From contig DAIDHT010000035.1 of assembly GCA_027451945.1 (NCBI GenBank), forward strand, positions 2,380 to 66,379: a stretch of 64,000 bases of DNA, given 5' to 3'. Within the stretch, counting starts at the first letter, position 1. Each line of letters starts with the position of its first letter. Origin of the DNA: Spirochaetales bacterium. GTDB lineage: Bacteria > Spirochaetota > Spirochaetia > JABEVK01. The notes under the pieces were generated by a model that saw only the letters and a program-made list of their open reading frames with translations, was not told the DNA's origin and did no database searches. Shown piece after piece: positions 35,608 through 44,962 of the stretch. A program made the translations under genes and the position numbers.

Positions 35608-35829
35608 GTGTCGCGATTTTTCTTAATTCTGATGCTGATTCTGTTTCCTTTTCTGGTGAGCTGGAGTTTTCCCTCTGGTATTACCGAAATTCGCGTGATG
35701 AAGGAAGTTTTACTTCTTCCTCCTCCTTTGCCTGAAATTTGGCCGGATCAAATGGTCAAGCTTCAACCAAAGGGGTGGATTCCGTTGGAAGGCTCCCTTC
35801 GTCCCTTGCCTGAACCGGAGAACCCATGA
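35608..35829 (+). CDS. small secreted/membrane Pro-rich hypothetical protein (73 aa)
   Basis: Hydrophobic N-terminus SRFFLILMLILFPFLVSWS. The stop forms an ATGA overlap with the next gene. The start is uncertain (GTG 35608 or ATG 35632). Confidence 0.4.
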   Translation: MSRFFLILMLILFPFLVSWSFPSGITEIRVMKEVLLLPPPLPEIWPDQMVKLQPKGWIPLEGSLRPLPEPENP

Positions 35830-36383
35830 GCCTCAACCCCGCCTCCTTCTTCTTTCTCATTCCTATTCTTGCCGTGTCTGTCTATGCCGTGGCTCTCATT
35901 TTGCAAAAAGCCCTCCAGACGGCTATTCATAAGCCGCTTTCGGACGTTCACTTTGAAAGACTCCTAGAGCAATGTCAATTAGGGTATGCCTACGTCACTG
36001 AGGGGCTTGCCCCCCGGCACCCTGTGGCGCTTGTCCTCGAAGTTTCACCCGCTCAACGAAAACGTTGTGCACAAACAGAATTAAGTCGCTACGAAGATCG
36101 GATTGCGTATTTGCCCATTCTTGCCAATGTCGCCACACTCTTAGGATTATTTGGTACCGTAACAGGGATGATTCTTGCGTTCTTAGCACTCCGCGCTGGT
36201 GGTGGTGCTGATCCTGCCGCCTTGGCAGGGGGCATCGCTCAGTCTTTGATCGCAACGGCGTTGGGACTAATGGCCGCTGTACCTTGTTTAGGTTTTCATG
36301 CGGTTTTTCAGCGGCGAGCGGACCGAATGGCAAGTCAGCTTGAAACTCTGTTGGACGTCTTGGAGGAGCCTCGACGTGAATAA
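35826..36383 (+). CDS. MotA/TolQ/ExbB-family proton channel
   Basis: 185 aa with three hydrophobic segments. LANVATLLGLFGTVTGMI and IAQSLIATALGL are typical of ExbB/TolQ. Confidence 0.82.
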   Translation: MSLNPASFFFLIPILAVSVYAVALILQKALQTAIHKPLSDVHFERLLEQCQLGYAYVTEGLAPRHPVALVLEVSPAQRKRCAQTELSRYEDRIAYLPILANVATLLGLFGTVTGMILAFLALRAGGGADPAALAGGIAQSLIATALGLMAAVPCLGFHAVFQRRADRMASQLETLLDVLEEPRRE

Positions 36384-36786
36384 ACTACGGCGCTCTCACC
36401 GGCAGCCGACGTGGCTTTTACTTACCCCATTTATCGACGTCCTTTTAGTCTTGATCAGCTTTATCTTGAGTATAAGTTTTCAGATCCGCTTTGCTGTCGA
36501 TGTTACCTTGCCACAAGCACAAACTGGACGAAGTGTTCGTAATGACTCACTGACAGTTTCGGTGTTGCGCAATGGTTCGCTTTTGGTGGGAGGGCAAGTG
36601 ACTTCTTTAGACGGATTAAATGCCGTTTTGGATCAACAGCTTAAAGGTCATTCTGGAAATTGGCGCGTTTTTCTTCAGGGGGATGAAGAAATATCATATA
36701 GTCTTTTGGTTCAAGTGATGGATGCACTGAGGCAGAGAGGTATCACCGATATTTCGCTGTTAACAAGGAAAGGAAGCCGGGAATGA
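36376..36786 (+). CDS. ExbD/TolR-family protein
   Basis: GTG 36376 has GGAGGA 8 nt upstream. The TM segment LLLTPFIDVLLVLI carries the conserved Asp. 136 aa. Confidence 0.82.
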   Translation: MNKLRRSHRQPTWLLLTPFIDVLLVLISFILSISFQIRFAVDVTLPQAQTGRSVRNDSLTVSVLRNGSLLVGGQVTSLDGLNAVLDQQLKGHSGNWRVFLQGDEEISYSLLVQVMDALRQRGITDISLLTRKGSRE

Positions 36787-37427
36787 GAGGCGTAAGCCTC
36801 CTTTTTTGGGGCCTATCGCTCCTATTTCACCTCATCATTCTCGTGTTGGTTCTGATTTTTTGGCCGGCAAACAGATTGCCGCCGCCCTCTGTGAGTTTGT
36901 ACCTAGCTAGTGGACCAGCACCCAGCGGAGGTGTCCTAGAAAGGGGCGAAGCTCCGCATCCTACTCCCCCCAGGGCTCCTCGAGTTGTATCACCACAACC
37001 TGTTGTCCGTGCTCATTGGCACTCCTTAAGGGGTGAACCCCAACCAAAGTCGTCCACGCCTGAAAAGCTTCCACCGCCAAGTTTTCCAGAACAAGAGGCT
37101 TCTGCAGAGGATTTGTTAGGGGAAAGTGCCTCGACACAATCGGCGTCGGCAAAAGTTTGGACCTCAGGGGGAGGGTCGGCTCCATCCCTTTTACCACCCA
37201 TTCCTCCGCAACATATTCCAGAAGGAGAAATTACCTGGCACCTGACTTTGTGGATTCCTCCTCAGGGAGGTTCTCCGTCTCGCATCTTGGGCTTAGAAAC
37301 AGCACATCCTCGTCTTGATAGTTGGCTTGGTGCTTGGTTGGCTCGTCAGGGTTTTCCGGCCTCAGAAACCGGCAAAAGTTATCAGATTCACTGGGTTCTC
37401 AAGTTAAAAGCTGTGAGTCCAGATTGA
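36783..37427 (+). CDS. TonB/TolA-like energy-transducer protein (TM anchor, Pro-rich linker, small C-terminal domain)
   Basis: ATGA overlap with the exbD-like stop. The TM segment has an S-x3-H motif (SLLFH). Long P/S/A-rich spacer. Confidence 0.65.
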   Translation: MRGVSLLFWGLSLLFHLIILVLVLIFWPANRLPPPSVSLYLASGPAPSGGVLERGEAPHPTPPRAPRVVSPQPVVRAHWHSLRGEPQPKSSTPEKLPPPSFPEQEASAEDLLGESASTQSASAKVWTSGGGSAPSLLPPIPPQHIPEGEITWHLTLWIPPQGGSPSRILGLETAHPRLDSWLGAWLARQGFPASETGKSYQIHWVLKLKAVSPD

Positions 37428-37437
37428 TGAGTTAAGC

Positions 37438-40400
37438 ATGAGATGGCGTTGGAACTGGAAAACCTTACAGACACCGATACTCGTTGCACTGGCTTGGCTC
37501 TTGGCAACATTAATTCCATTAGGTGGGGATGCGTTTTGGCAAAACCAAAAGAAGGCACTTTTATCAGCGTTGCAAAAATCTTTGGACGCAACGATTTCTT
37601 ATGGGCATTTATCTTCCAACATTTTTGAATACCTTGATTTTCATGATGTCAAGATCAGGGCTAACGGTCGGGATATTTTTTATGCGTCAGGAATTCGAGT
37701 CTATTGGAATTGGTTGGCCATTTTTCAAGGGCATGAGGAAAACGCGATTGCCCGATTACAAATTATCAATTCACGGGTTCAGCTTGATACACAAAAAGAT
37801 GCTAAATTTTTAGCAAATGGAGAACATTTGCTGACGGACACCAAAGCCCAAGCCCCTCCTCCCATAGAGATATTTAACATGTCGGCCGATATAACCACCC
37901 CTGTAGGACATTTTAGCACTGTCAATGGGTTTTTAACATTGAAGCGCCAGGCTAATGAGTGGCAAATGATTTTTCGAACAGCTTTAGAGGGCCATTTAGT
38001 CAAAGCTGTATATGGGCTATCGTCAGGAACAACATCTTTACAAGGGGTACTTCACGTCGATAACCAATTTCAAGATTGGGTAATCAAGGCTCATGCCGAC
38101 ACACTGTCCACCAATTTGTTTGATTTGGGCGCTTTTGGGTTTCAGCTTGAAAGGACGCCCACTAAGGTCTTGATTTCAAAAACACAAGATCAACAGGCGT
38201 TGGATTTGTCGGTTCTTTGGGATCATCAAGGAATCAAGGCACAAATGACCACTGATCACTATCAATTTTTGCAGTGGCTTCATTGGAAAAACTCACTTGC
38301 TGTTAATCGGTGGCTTGCGACGACTTGGACTGGCAAAGTCGCACTTGATTGGAATCCTTTAACTCAATTTTGGCAAGCAAACCTAAAAGGACAGGCCCTA
38401 TTTTCGCGAGATTTATTTCCCGACCAAAGCTCAGCAACAGCAGATATTCAAGCGGACTCACGGGTTATTCGTGTCAAGCAGTTTGAATTTGACACTCTTC
38501 ATGGGGCCCTTGGCTTTCAGGGGGATATTCTTGTCAAGTCAAAATTACCACAGGGAATTTTGACGGTAAAACACTGGAATTTTCCTGGTTTGGGGACTTT
38601 TAACGGTGAAACGGTTTTACAACGGCAAGAGGATTACTGTACTTTTCAGGGTAAACACTGGTTATGGAACCGTCTTCAATTCAACAAGCCCCATGGCCGT
38701 TTTGATTTTAAAGGTCAACAGGTAGCATTTTTAATAAATTCGGGTTGGAAGGATTATCCTGAATTTTCTTTAGGCTTATCGGGAACAGTGTCTTTGAAAG
38801 CTTCTTCATTTGCAGTCGCCTATAGTGTAGGCAACCTCCCGTTAGCAGGGGTGGCTTCACAAGCTGGCCCTGTCGCTCTAGACGCCGCGTTGGTGAATGC
38901 ACTTTCTGGCTGGCAAGTCAGTTCGAGTGGTTTGGTTCGTTCATCCTCTGAAGGCCTCGAAGCCACGCCCTCACTTTGGAAGTTAGTCGATATCAAAAAT
39001 CCTCGACGAAACGTTAGCTTTAATTTTGCTTTTCAAAAGCGTCTTCTCAAAGTTTCGCAGGTTACAGGACAATGGGATAATTTTCCTTTTTCAGGCGATC
39101 TTTCGGTCGATTTTCAAAAAAAAGATCATATTTCTCTTCGATCGGACTGGGATCTTTATCAAAAGCATTTTGATTTACAGGGAGAATACTGGCCTTCATT
39201 ACGTCGGTTTATTTTAGGGGGAAGCTCGGGCATATCGGGAGTCTGGGAAGGAACACCCGAAGCTTGGTTAGCTTCTGTTCAAGTTCAACGATTCCCTTTG
39301 CCGGGTGGAGGTTCTCTATCCTTTCAAGGTAGCTTATCACAGCAAGGAACGAATTTATCGGGAGGCTTCTATGACGGCACTTGGCAAGGTTTCTATCCCC
39401 TGGGGAAAGCCCCCTTTACGGTAAATTGGTACGCAGGTCTCGAGGACCATCGTCTTGCCATCCATATTCTGCGTTGGTCAGATCTCTGGGGGGTTCGGCA
39501 AGGAAGTCTGGCGCTGTCGTGGGGAAAGCTCTCGGTCCCTTGGCGCGCAGAATTGAGAATCACCTCGCCCGAAGGGGAATCCGAGCATATTCAGGTTAAC
39601 TGGCTATGGGGCGAGGTTATCAATGTGGATGCCAAGTGGCGTCATTCCCCTGTGCAACGGTTTCTCCCTGCGCCTTGGCAAGGAACCTGGCAAGGTCAGG
39701 GAAATTTTGTCTGGACCAAGACCGACGGTGTCAGCTGGAATGCTGTCATAGCTTCTGAGAAATTTTTTTATGGGAATGACCCTGTTGCCGTATCGTGTGG
39801 GCTGTCGGGAACTTTATCACATGGGGAGATTCATGGTTTCAAAGGCTCCTGGGGAGGCGGTAGCATTTCTGATGGGCGACTTTCTCTCGACTGGCAAAAA
39901 AAAGAATGGACTTGGGTTTCTCATCAATCGGTATCTGTAGCAGGAAAAAAATGGACGTGGCAAGGCGTTAACCAAGGGCGGTGGAAGGGGGAAAACCAGA
40001 CCTTGCAACTTGAAACAACCTATCAATGGTCAAATGCGCAGTTAGGGGGACTTCATTTTCCGTCAGGAGTTTTTCAGGGAGAGCTTCATGGTCAAAATTG
40101 GCGTCTGAGTTCCGTAGATGGCATTTTTAAGGCGCAGGGTCAAGGATTGTCTCATTATGAAGTGCATATTTTGTCACCGCAAGGGACAATCCTTAACGCA
40201 GAAGGACGGTTGAGTCCGCAGAATTTTCATACAGAAGTGACCAGTTTTCGGTTGCCGCTCAAAGAAATTGCCCCTTGGCTGAACAGCGATATGTTGAGGA
40301 TTCACGAGGGAGTCATGGTTGGCAGTGTTAACATTTTTGGCTCTTGGATTGATCCGAGCATTACAGGCGACGCGGAACTTCAAAATTTTGTCTTTAATAA

Positions 40401-41601
40401 CGCTTTTTTACGAAAAACAGTGGGGCCGTTCTCGGGAGCTATTGAGTTTCGAGACAAGACGATTACAATTCCAGAAGTGAATGTTGGACCAAAAGGCCAA
40501 AGTTGGTTAGTAGGCGGGACTCTTCACTTTGACCACGCCGCGATTGATCACTTTAATTTATCGGTGCGAACAGATGAGCTTTCTTGGATACCAGCTCGCT
40601 ATGTTTTAACAGGAATTGATGCAGAAGGTTGGGCGTCGGGTGAGCTTTCCTTTATTGGCGATGCTTATGCAATGACCGTACGGGGGGATTTAACGGTTCA
40701 GAACACCGAGATGCGGCTGATTCCCGTTCAAGAGACCCCAGAAAGCAACTACGGCCTGAATGTGGATTTACATATAAAAACAGGGCGCAAGGTAGAATTT
40801 GTCTGGCCAGATCCTAATATACCTTTGGTTAAAGCGACTGCTATGCCTGGACAGAAGTTGCTAATTCGCTACAACGATCAGGCTTCTCAGCTTTCTCTGT
40901 TGGGTGTGATCGAGTTCTTAACGGGCGAGATCAATTATGTTTCACAAACTTTTCAAATTCAGGACGGAAAGCTAACATTTCATGAGTCCGAAAGCTCTTT
41001 TGACCCTCATCTCAGTGTTCATGCGGACCTAAAAACTCGTGATTCGGAAGGCCCTGTGATCATTATTCTCAAGGCTGATGGGCCTTTGAGTGAGTTTTCA
41101 CCTACTTTTAGCACAATCCCGTATCGCACCCCCGAAGAGCTTCAACAACTCCTGGGGACCACTTTGGCCGTGGCAAGCTCTACTACGCCCCTAGATTCTG
41201 CTTTTTCGGTAGCCTCGGATTTAGGCTCAGGCATCCTGTTGCGTCCTTTTGAAGAATCTGTTAAAAAAAGCTTTGGGTTGGATCTTTTTTCCATCAGAAC
41301 CCAGATTCTTGAGAAGGCCCTAACGCAGTCAAGTTCAGCGACATCAAGCTACCTTGATAATACCAGGGTGTATTTTGGTAAGTACTTAGGAGATAAGCTT
41401 TTTTTGCAGGGAGATCTCAATATTCATCAAAATCCTGTCGTGGGTGGTATACAGACTACAGGATTTCAAGTGGACCCCGAAATACAGATGGAATTTACGA
41501 CGCCGTTCTTTCTCTTGAATTGGACGATTGTCCCTCAGCATGTTCAAAGTTTATTTGTCACGGATAATACCGTAACGTTCAGTTGGAATTGGAGTTATTG
41601 A
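37438..41601 (+). CDS. tamB: TamB-like translocation and assembly module protein (AsmA-like, DUF490 C-terminus)
   Basis: 1387 aa. N-terminal signal-anchor. Beta-rich repetitive body. C-terminus ...VYFGKYLGDKLFLQGDL... resembles DUF490. Sits immediately upstream of bamA-skp. Confidence 0.8.
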   Translation: MRWRWNWKTLQTPILVALAWLLATLIPLGGDAFWQNQKKALLSALQKSLDATISYGHLSSNIFEYLDFHDVKIRANGRDIFYASGIRVYWNWLAIFQGHEENAIARLQIINSRVQLDTQKDAKFLANGEHLLTDTKAQAPPPIEIFNMSADITTPVGHFSTVNGFLTLKRQANEWQMIFRTALEGHLVKAVYGLSSGTTSLQGVLHVDNQFQDWVIKAHADTLSTNLFDLGAFGFQLERTPTKVLISKTQDQQALDLSVLWDHQGIKAQMTTDHYQFLQWLHWKNSLAVNRWLATTWTGKVALDWNPLTQFWQANLKGQALFSRDLFPDQSSATADIQADSRVIRVKQFEFDTLHGALGFQGDILVKSKLPQGILTVKHWNFPGLGTFNGETVLQRQEDYCTFQGKHWLWNRLQFNKPHGRFDFKGQQVAFLINSGWKDYPEFSLGLSGTVSLKASSFAVAYSVGNLPLAGVASQAGPVALDAALVNALSGWQVSSSGLVRSSSEGLEATPSLWKLVDIKNPRRNVSFNFAFQKRLLKVSQVTGQWDNFPFSGDLSVDFQKKDHISLRSDWDLYQKHFDLQGEYWPSLRRFILGGSSGISGVWEGTPEAWLASVQVQRFPLPGGGSLSFQGSLSQQGTNLSGGFYDGTWQGFYPLGKAPFTVNWYAGLEDHRLAIHILRWSDLWGVRQGSLALSWGKLSVPWRAELRITSPEGESEHIQVNWLWGEVINVDAKWRHSPVQRFLPAPWQGTWQGQGNFVWTKTDGVSWNAVIASEKFFYGNDPVAVSCGLSGTLSHGEIHGFKGSWGGGSISDGRLSLDWQKKEWTWVSHQSVSVAGKKWTWQGVNQGRWKGENQTLQLETTYQWSNAQLGGLHFPSGVFQGELHGQNWRLSSVDGIFKAQGQGLSHYEVHILSPQGTILNAEGRLSPQNFHTEVTSFRLPLKEIAPWLNSDMLRIHEGVMVGSVNIFGSWIDPSITGDAELQNFVFNNAFLRKTVGPFSGAIEFRDKTITIPEVNVGPKGQSWLVGGTLHFDHAAIDHFNLSVRTDELSWIPARYVLTGIDAEGWASGELSFIGDAYAMTVRGDLTVQNTEMRLIPVQETPESNYGLNVDLHIKTGRKVEFVWPDPNIPLVKATAMPGQKLLIRYNDQASQLSLLGVIEFLTGEINYVSQTFQIQDGKLTFHESESSFDPHLSVHADLKTRDSEGPVIIILKADGPLSEFSPTFSTIPYRTPEELQQLLGTTLAVASSTTPLDSAFSVASDLGSGILLRPFEESVKKSFGLDLFSIRTQILEKALTQSSSATSSYLDNTRVYFGKYLGDKLFLQGDLNIHQNPVVGGIQTTGFQVDPEIQMEFTTPFFLLNWTIVPQHVQSLFVTDNTVTFSWNWSY

Positions 41602-41616
41602 CACGAAGGAGAGTTC

Positions 41617-44262
41617 ATGACGTTTCGCAGGTTATTTGCCGTTCTGATTTTCACGGCAACGGGGTTGTCAGCCTTTGCTCAAGCAGCTTCGGGTTCAGCG
41701 TCCTCAGCAAGCAGTCCCTCGGTTCCCGCAGTTCAGGATTGGTATATGAACAAGCCCATCGCCGATATACGCTTCGAGGGGCTTGTCACCATTCAGCGAA
41801 GCGAATTGGATGGCGTTGTTCGTCCCTATATAGGTAAAAAGTTTACGGATGAACTGTTCCAGCAGCTACAAGGTGATCTTTACAATCTTGACTATTTTGA
41901 AGGCTTAATAGCTCCCACAGCGGTTAAGGCCGACCCACAGGGTGATCAGGTAATCTTGATTTTTAAAGTCAAGGAAAAGCCTACGATTGCGGATTTTGTC
42001 TTTAATGGCAACACAAAGATTAGTTCTTCGGATCTTTCAGGGGTGCTAACATCGAAAAAAGGCGACATCATCAACCAGGGAAAAATTAAAGCCGATGAGC
42101 AGGCTCTGTTAAAATATTATAATGATCATGGGTACCTCGCAGCCAGGGTAACCTCGACAACCGAGGTGAACAAAAAGCATGAGGCCACTGTTTACTTTAA
42201 TATTGATGAGGGAATGCAGACTGCCGTCAAAAAAATTGAATTTCAGGGTCTTTCGTTTGCAACAGCGGGAACTCTCAAAGGCTTAATGGATACCAAAGAA
42301 GTTGGCTGGTTTGATGCGGGGCTTTTTAAAGAGGCCGCCTTTGCCAAGGATTTGCGAACCATTGAACAATATTACTGGGATCGAGGATATATTGACGCAA
42401 AAATCGTCGATGTCCAAAAGAAAGTAGAATTTGATAAAACAAATGACAGAAACCTTTTGGACATCATGATAACAATCCACGAAGGTAAACCGTTTGTTTT
42501 CGGAGGTTTTACCTTCCATGGAAACGAAATATTCTCGACTGCCAAACTTGAGTCTCTTGTTCGACAGCCTGTGGGAAGCGTCATCAGCAAAGAACGAGTT
42601 GATGCAGATTTTCAACGCATCTCGGATTTGTATTATGAAAATGGTTACATCTTTAATGAAATTAAAAAGACAGAAGTTCGCACCGGAAATAAAATTTCGT
42701 ATGTAATCGATATTGTTGAACGTCCTCGCGCTCACATCGAAAGCATCTTGGTTAAAGGGAATACAAAAACAAAAGCCTACGTCATCACCAGGGAAATGCC
42801 AATTCAAGTGGGCGATGTCTTCAGCAAAGCAAAAATTGTAGAAGGTATCCATAACCTCTACAACTTGCAGTACTTTAGCAGTATCGTTCCCGAAACTCCC
42901 CAGGGTTCCGCTGATGGACTCATGGATTTGGTCCTCAATGTCGAAGAAGCAAAAACCGCAGATATGTCCTTTGGTTTGTCGTTTTCGGGAGCTACGTCGT
43001 TTCCTGTGTCTGCACAGATTAAGTGGGGAGATAAAAACTTTCTCGGCGAAGGCTACAACTTTAGTATAGCGTCGAGCCTGTCTCCGATCATTCAAAGTCT
43101 CAACGCCAGCTTTGTTGATAACTGGGCCTTTAATCAGCGCCTCACGTTAGGCTGGAATTTGGGAATCTCCCACGCGATCAACCAAAATATCCCTCAAGAT
43201 GCCAATGCCCCCCTGTCAACCGGAATTGGAACCTCAGTCCCTGACCCTTATAACCCTAACGACTATGTTTTTACGGACTCAGAAACCTACGGTGGTCACT
43301 CGTACAATGCGGGGGATCCCTTCCCTGGGGTTCCTACTTCCAATGATATTACCCAACTCCATTTGGTAACCCGGTACCAATACGACCTTTCGAATAACCA
43401 AGCTCAGTATTCTACCATGCAGTATGAGTCCTATGATTTCTCGCTGGGAGTGAATACGGGCTATGCCTGGTACCTACCGTGGGGACGGCTCAGCGTGGGG
43501 ACTGGCGCTCAGTCTGGGTTGCAGTACGTCTCGTATGATTCCACCTTGTTCCGACCAGCAAGTTATGTGGTTCGTCAGAATAACCTCAACTGGCAGTTTA
43601 ACAACCAGATTTGGGCAAAAACAGCCTGGGACACCCGAGATTTGGTCTACAACCCGACGTCGGGATTTTTGCTGTCACAAACCATGACGTTGGATGGCGG
43701 ATTCTTAGTGGGACAATCCTCCTGGAGTCGCTGGGATGGAACAGCGGACTTTTATTTGAAGCTTCTCGACTTGCCCATTACCGATAGTTACGATTTTCAA
43801 TGGGTGTTCCGCGCTCATACGGGGGCAAGCTTCTTGATGCCAGGGTTGGGTGGACCGAGCTACATCGTGGCTCAGCCAACCGAACTGGTGAGTGTTGATG
43901 GCATGCTCAGTGGTCGCGGCTGGGGGTATATTATGGGACTAAATGCGGCTTGGAACAGCGGTGTCGAATTCCGTTTTCCTGTAATTCCCAGCTTCTTGTG
44001 GCTTGATACGTTTGTTGACTCGTCTTGGTTACTCTATAATGACAGTACGTACACGAGCTTGTCGCAAATTCCGTACGGGCAAAAGCACTATTCCTGGGGT
44101 TTTGGTCTACGTGTAGTAAGCCCACAGTTCCCTATTGCGGTTTATCTAGCCAAACCTTTCCTGTTGAATGACAGTAATAATGTGGTTTGGCAAAAAGGAC
44201 AGGGGATTTTTGGACCCCAAGCGGATATGACACTCGTTATTGCTTTCGGCTATACCAATTAG
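41617..44262 (+). CDS. bamA: outer membrane protein assembly factor BamA (POTRA repeats + Omp85 barrel)
   Basis: 881 aa. Signal peptide, then POTRA-like repeats (IADIRFEGL..., IADFVFNGN..., VKKIEFQGL..., IESILVKGN...). Gly/aromatic-rich C-terminal barrel. AAGGAGAG Shine-Dalgarno. Confidence 0.92.
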   Translation: MTFRRLFAVLIFTATGLSAFAQAASGSASSASSPSVPAVQDWYMNKPIADIRFEGLVTIQRSELDGVVRPYIGKKFTDELFQQLQGDLYNLDYFEGLIAPTAVKADPQGDQVILIFKVKEKPTIADFVFNGNTKISSSDLSGVLTSKKGDIINQGKIKADEQALLKYYNDHGYLAARVTSTTEVNKKHEATVYFNIDEGMQTAVKKIEFQGLSFATAGTLKGLMDTKEVGWFDAGLFKEAAFAKDLRTIEQYYWDRGYIDAKIVDVQKKVEFDKTNDRNLLDIMITIHEGKPFVFGGFTFHGNEIFSTAKLESLVRQPVGSVISKERVDADFQRISDLYYENGYIFNEIKKTEVRTGNKISYVIDIVERPRAHIESILVKGNTKTKAYVITREMPIQVGDVFSKAKIVEGIHNLYNLQYFSSIVPETPQGSADGLMDLVLNVEEAKTADMSFGLSFSGATSFPVSAQIKWGDKNFLGEGYNFSIASSLSPIIQSLNASFVDNWAFNQRLTLGWNLGISHAINQNIPQDANAPLSTGIGTSVPDPYNPNDYVFTDSETYGGHSYNAGDPFPGVPTSNDITQLHLVTRYQYDLSNNQAQYSTMQYESYDFSLGVNTGYAWYLPWGRLSVGTGAQSGLQYVSYDSTLFRPASYVVRQNNLNWQFNNQIWAKTAWDTRDLVYNPTSGFLLSQTMTLDGGFLVGQSSWSRWDGTADFYLKLLDLPITDSYDFQWVFRAHTGASFLMPGLGGPSYIVAQPTELVSVDGMLSGRGWGYIMGLNAAWNSGVEFRFPVIPSFLWLDTFVDSSWLLYNDSTYTSLSQIPYGQKHYSWGFGLRVVSPQFPIAVYLAKPFLLNDSNNVVWQKGQGIFGPQADMTLVIAFGYTN

Positions 44263-44271
44263 GAGGAAAAG

Positions 44272-44868
44272 ATGAAACGATGGTTTGTTCTGGCAGTTTT
44301 CATGGTTGCCATTTCGTCAATTGCCGTTGCTCAAACTCAGCAATTTGCAAAAACAGGGTTAGTGAATTTAACCCGAATTTACGATAAGTTTTACAAGGAA
44401 TCCAAAGGGGTGCGCGATTTTGAGGCTCTCAAAGCTTCGATTCAAAATGATATCAATAAGTTCAAGCAAGAACTTATCCAATTGATGAATCAGCGAAATG
44501 ATGCTCAAGCACGTGGGGACGAAGCAACCGTTCAACAGCTAGACGCTCAAATTCAATCAAAAAAAGAGGCCTATCAGCAATTCGCTGCTGTTAAGCAACA
44601 AGAACTCAAGCAAAAGAGTGAAGAAGTGCGAAAAGATGACTCTTTTCAAAAACTTTTGATTTCTGAGATTGATCAAGAAGCGGTGTCGAAAGGATTTTCG
44701 TTAATCCTGAACTTAGAAAATGATTCTTCAGTGGTGTGGTATAGTCCTGACGCGGATATTACCGATGGTGTAATTGCTAGACTCCAAGTTGACCTTGCGC
44801 CGGCCAACCAGCCAGCACCAGCGCCACAGGCGACACCAACACCGCAAGCTTCAACAACAAAACAATAA
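44272..44868 (+). CDS. skp: OmpH/Skp-family periplasmic chaperone
   Basis: Signal peptide, Q/K/E-rich coiled-coil core, and position after bamA. AGGAGGA Shine-Dalgarno. Confidence 0.85.
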   Translation: MKRWFVLAVFMVAISSIAVAQTQQFAKTGLVNLTRIYDKFYKESKGVRDFEALKASIQNDINKFKQELIQLMNQRNDAQARGDEATVQQLDAQIQSKKEAYQQFAAVKQQELKQKSEEVRKDDSFQKLLISEIDQEAVSKGFSLILNLENDSSVVWYSPDADITDGVIARLQVDLAPANQPAPAPQATPTPQASTTKQ

Positions 44869-44962
44869 ACTGCTTACTTTAAAGGGTAAAAACTCTTCCT
44901 GAAAGATCTTTTGGGAAGGGTTCCTTTAACTTCTAGCCACCGTTAGGGCTAATTTTTCAAGG

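Noticed and set aside
42283-43095. 270-aa minus-strand ORF inside bamA
   Set aside because: It is antisense to a confidently identified BamA coding region. The product is Cys/Phe/Ile/Arg-rich with no motifs, and there is no Shine-Dalgarno or promoter. This is typical of a shadow ORF opposite a codon-biased gene.
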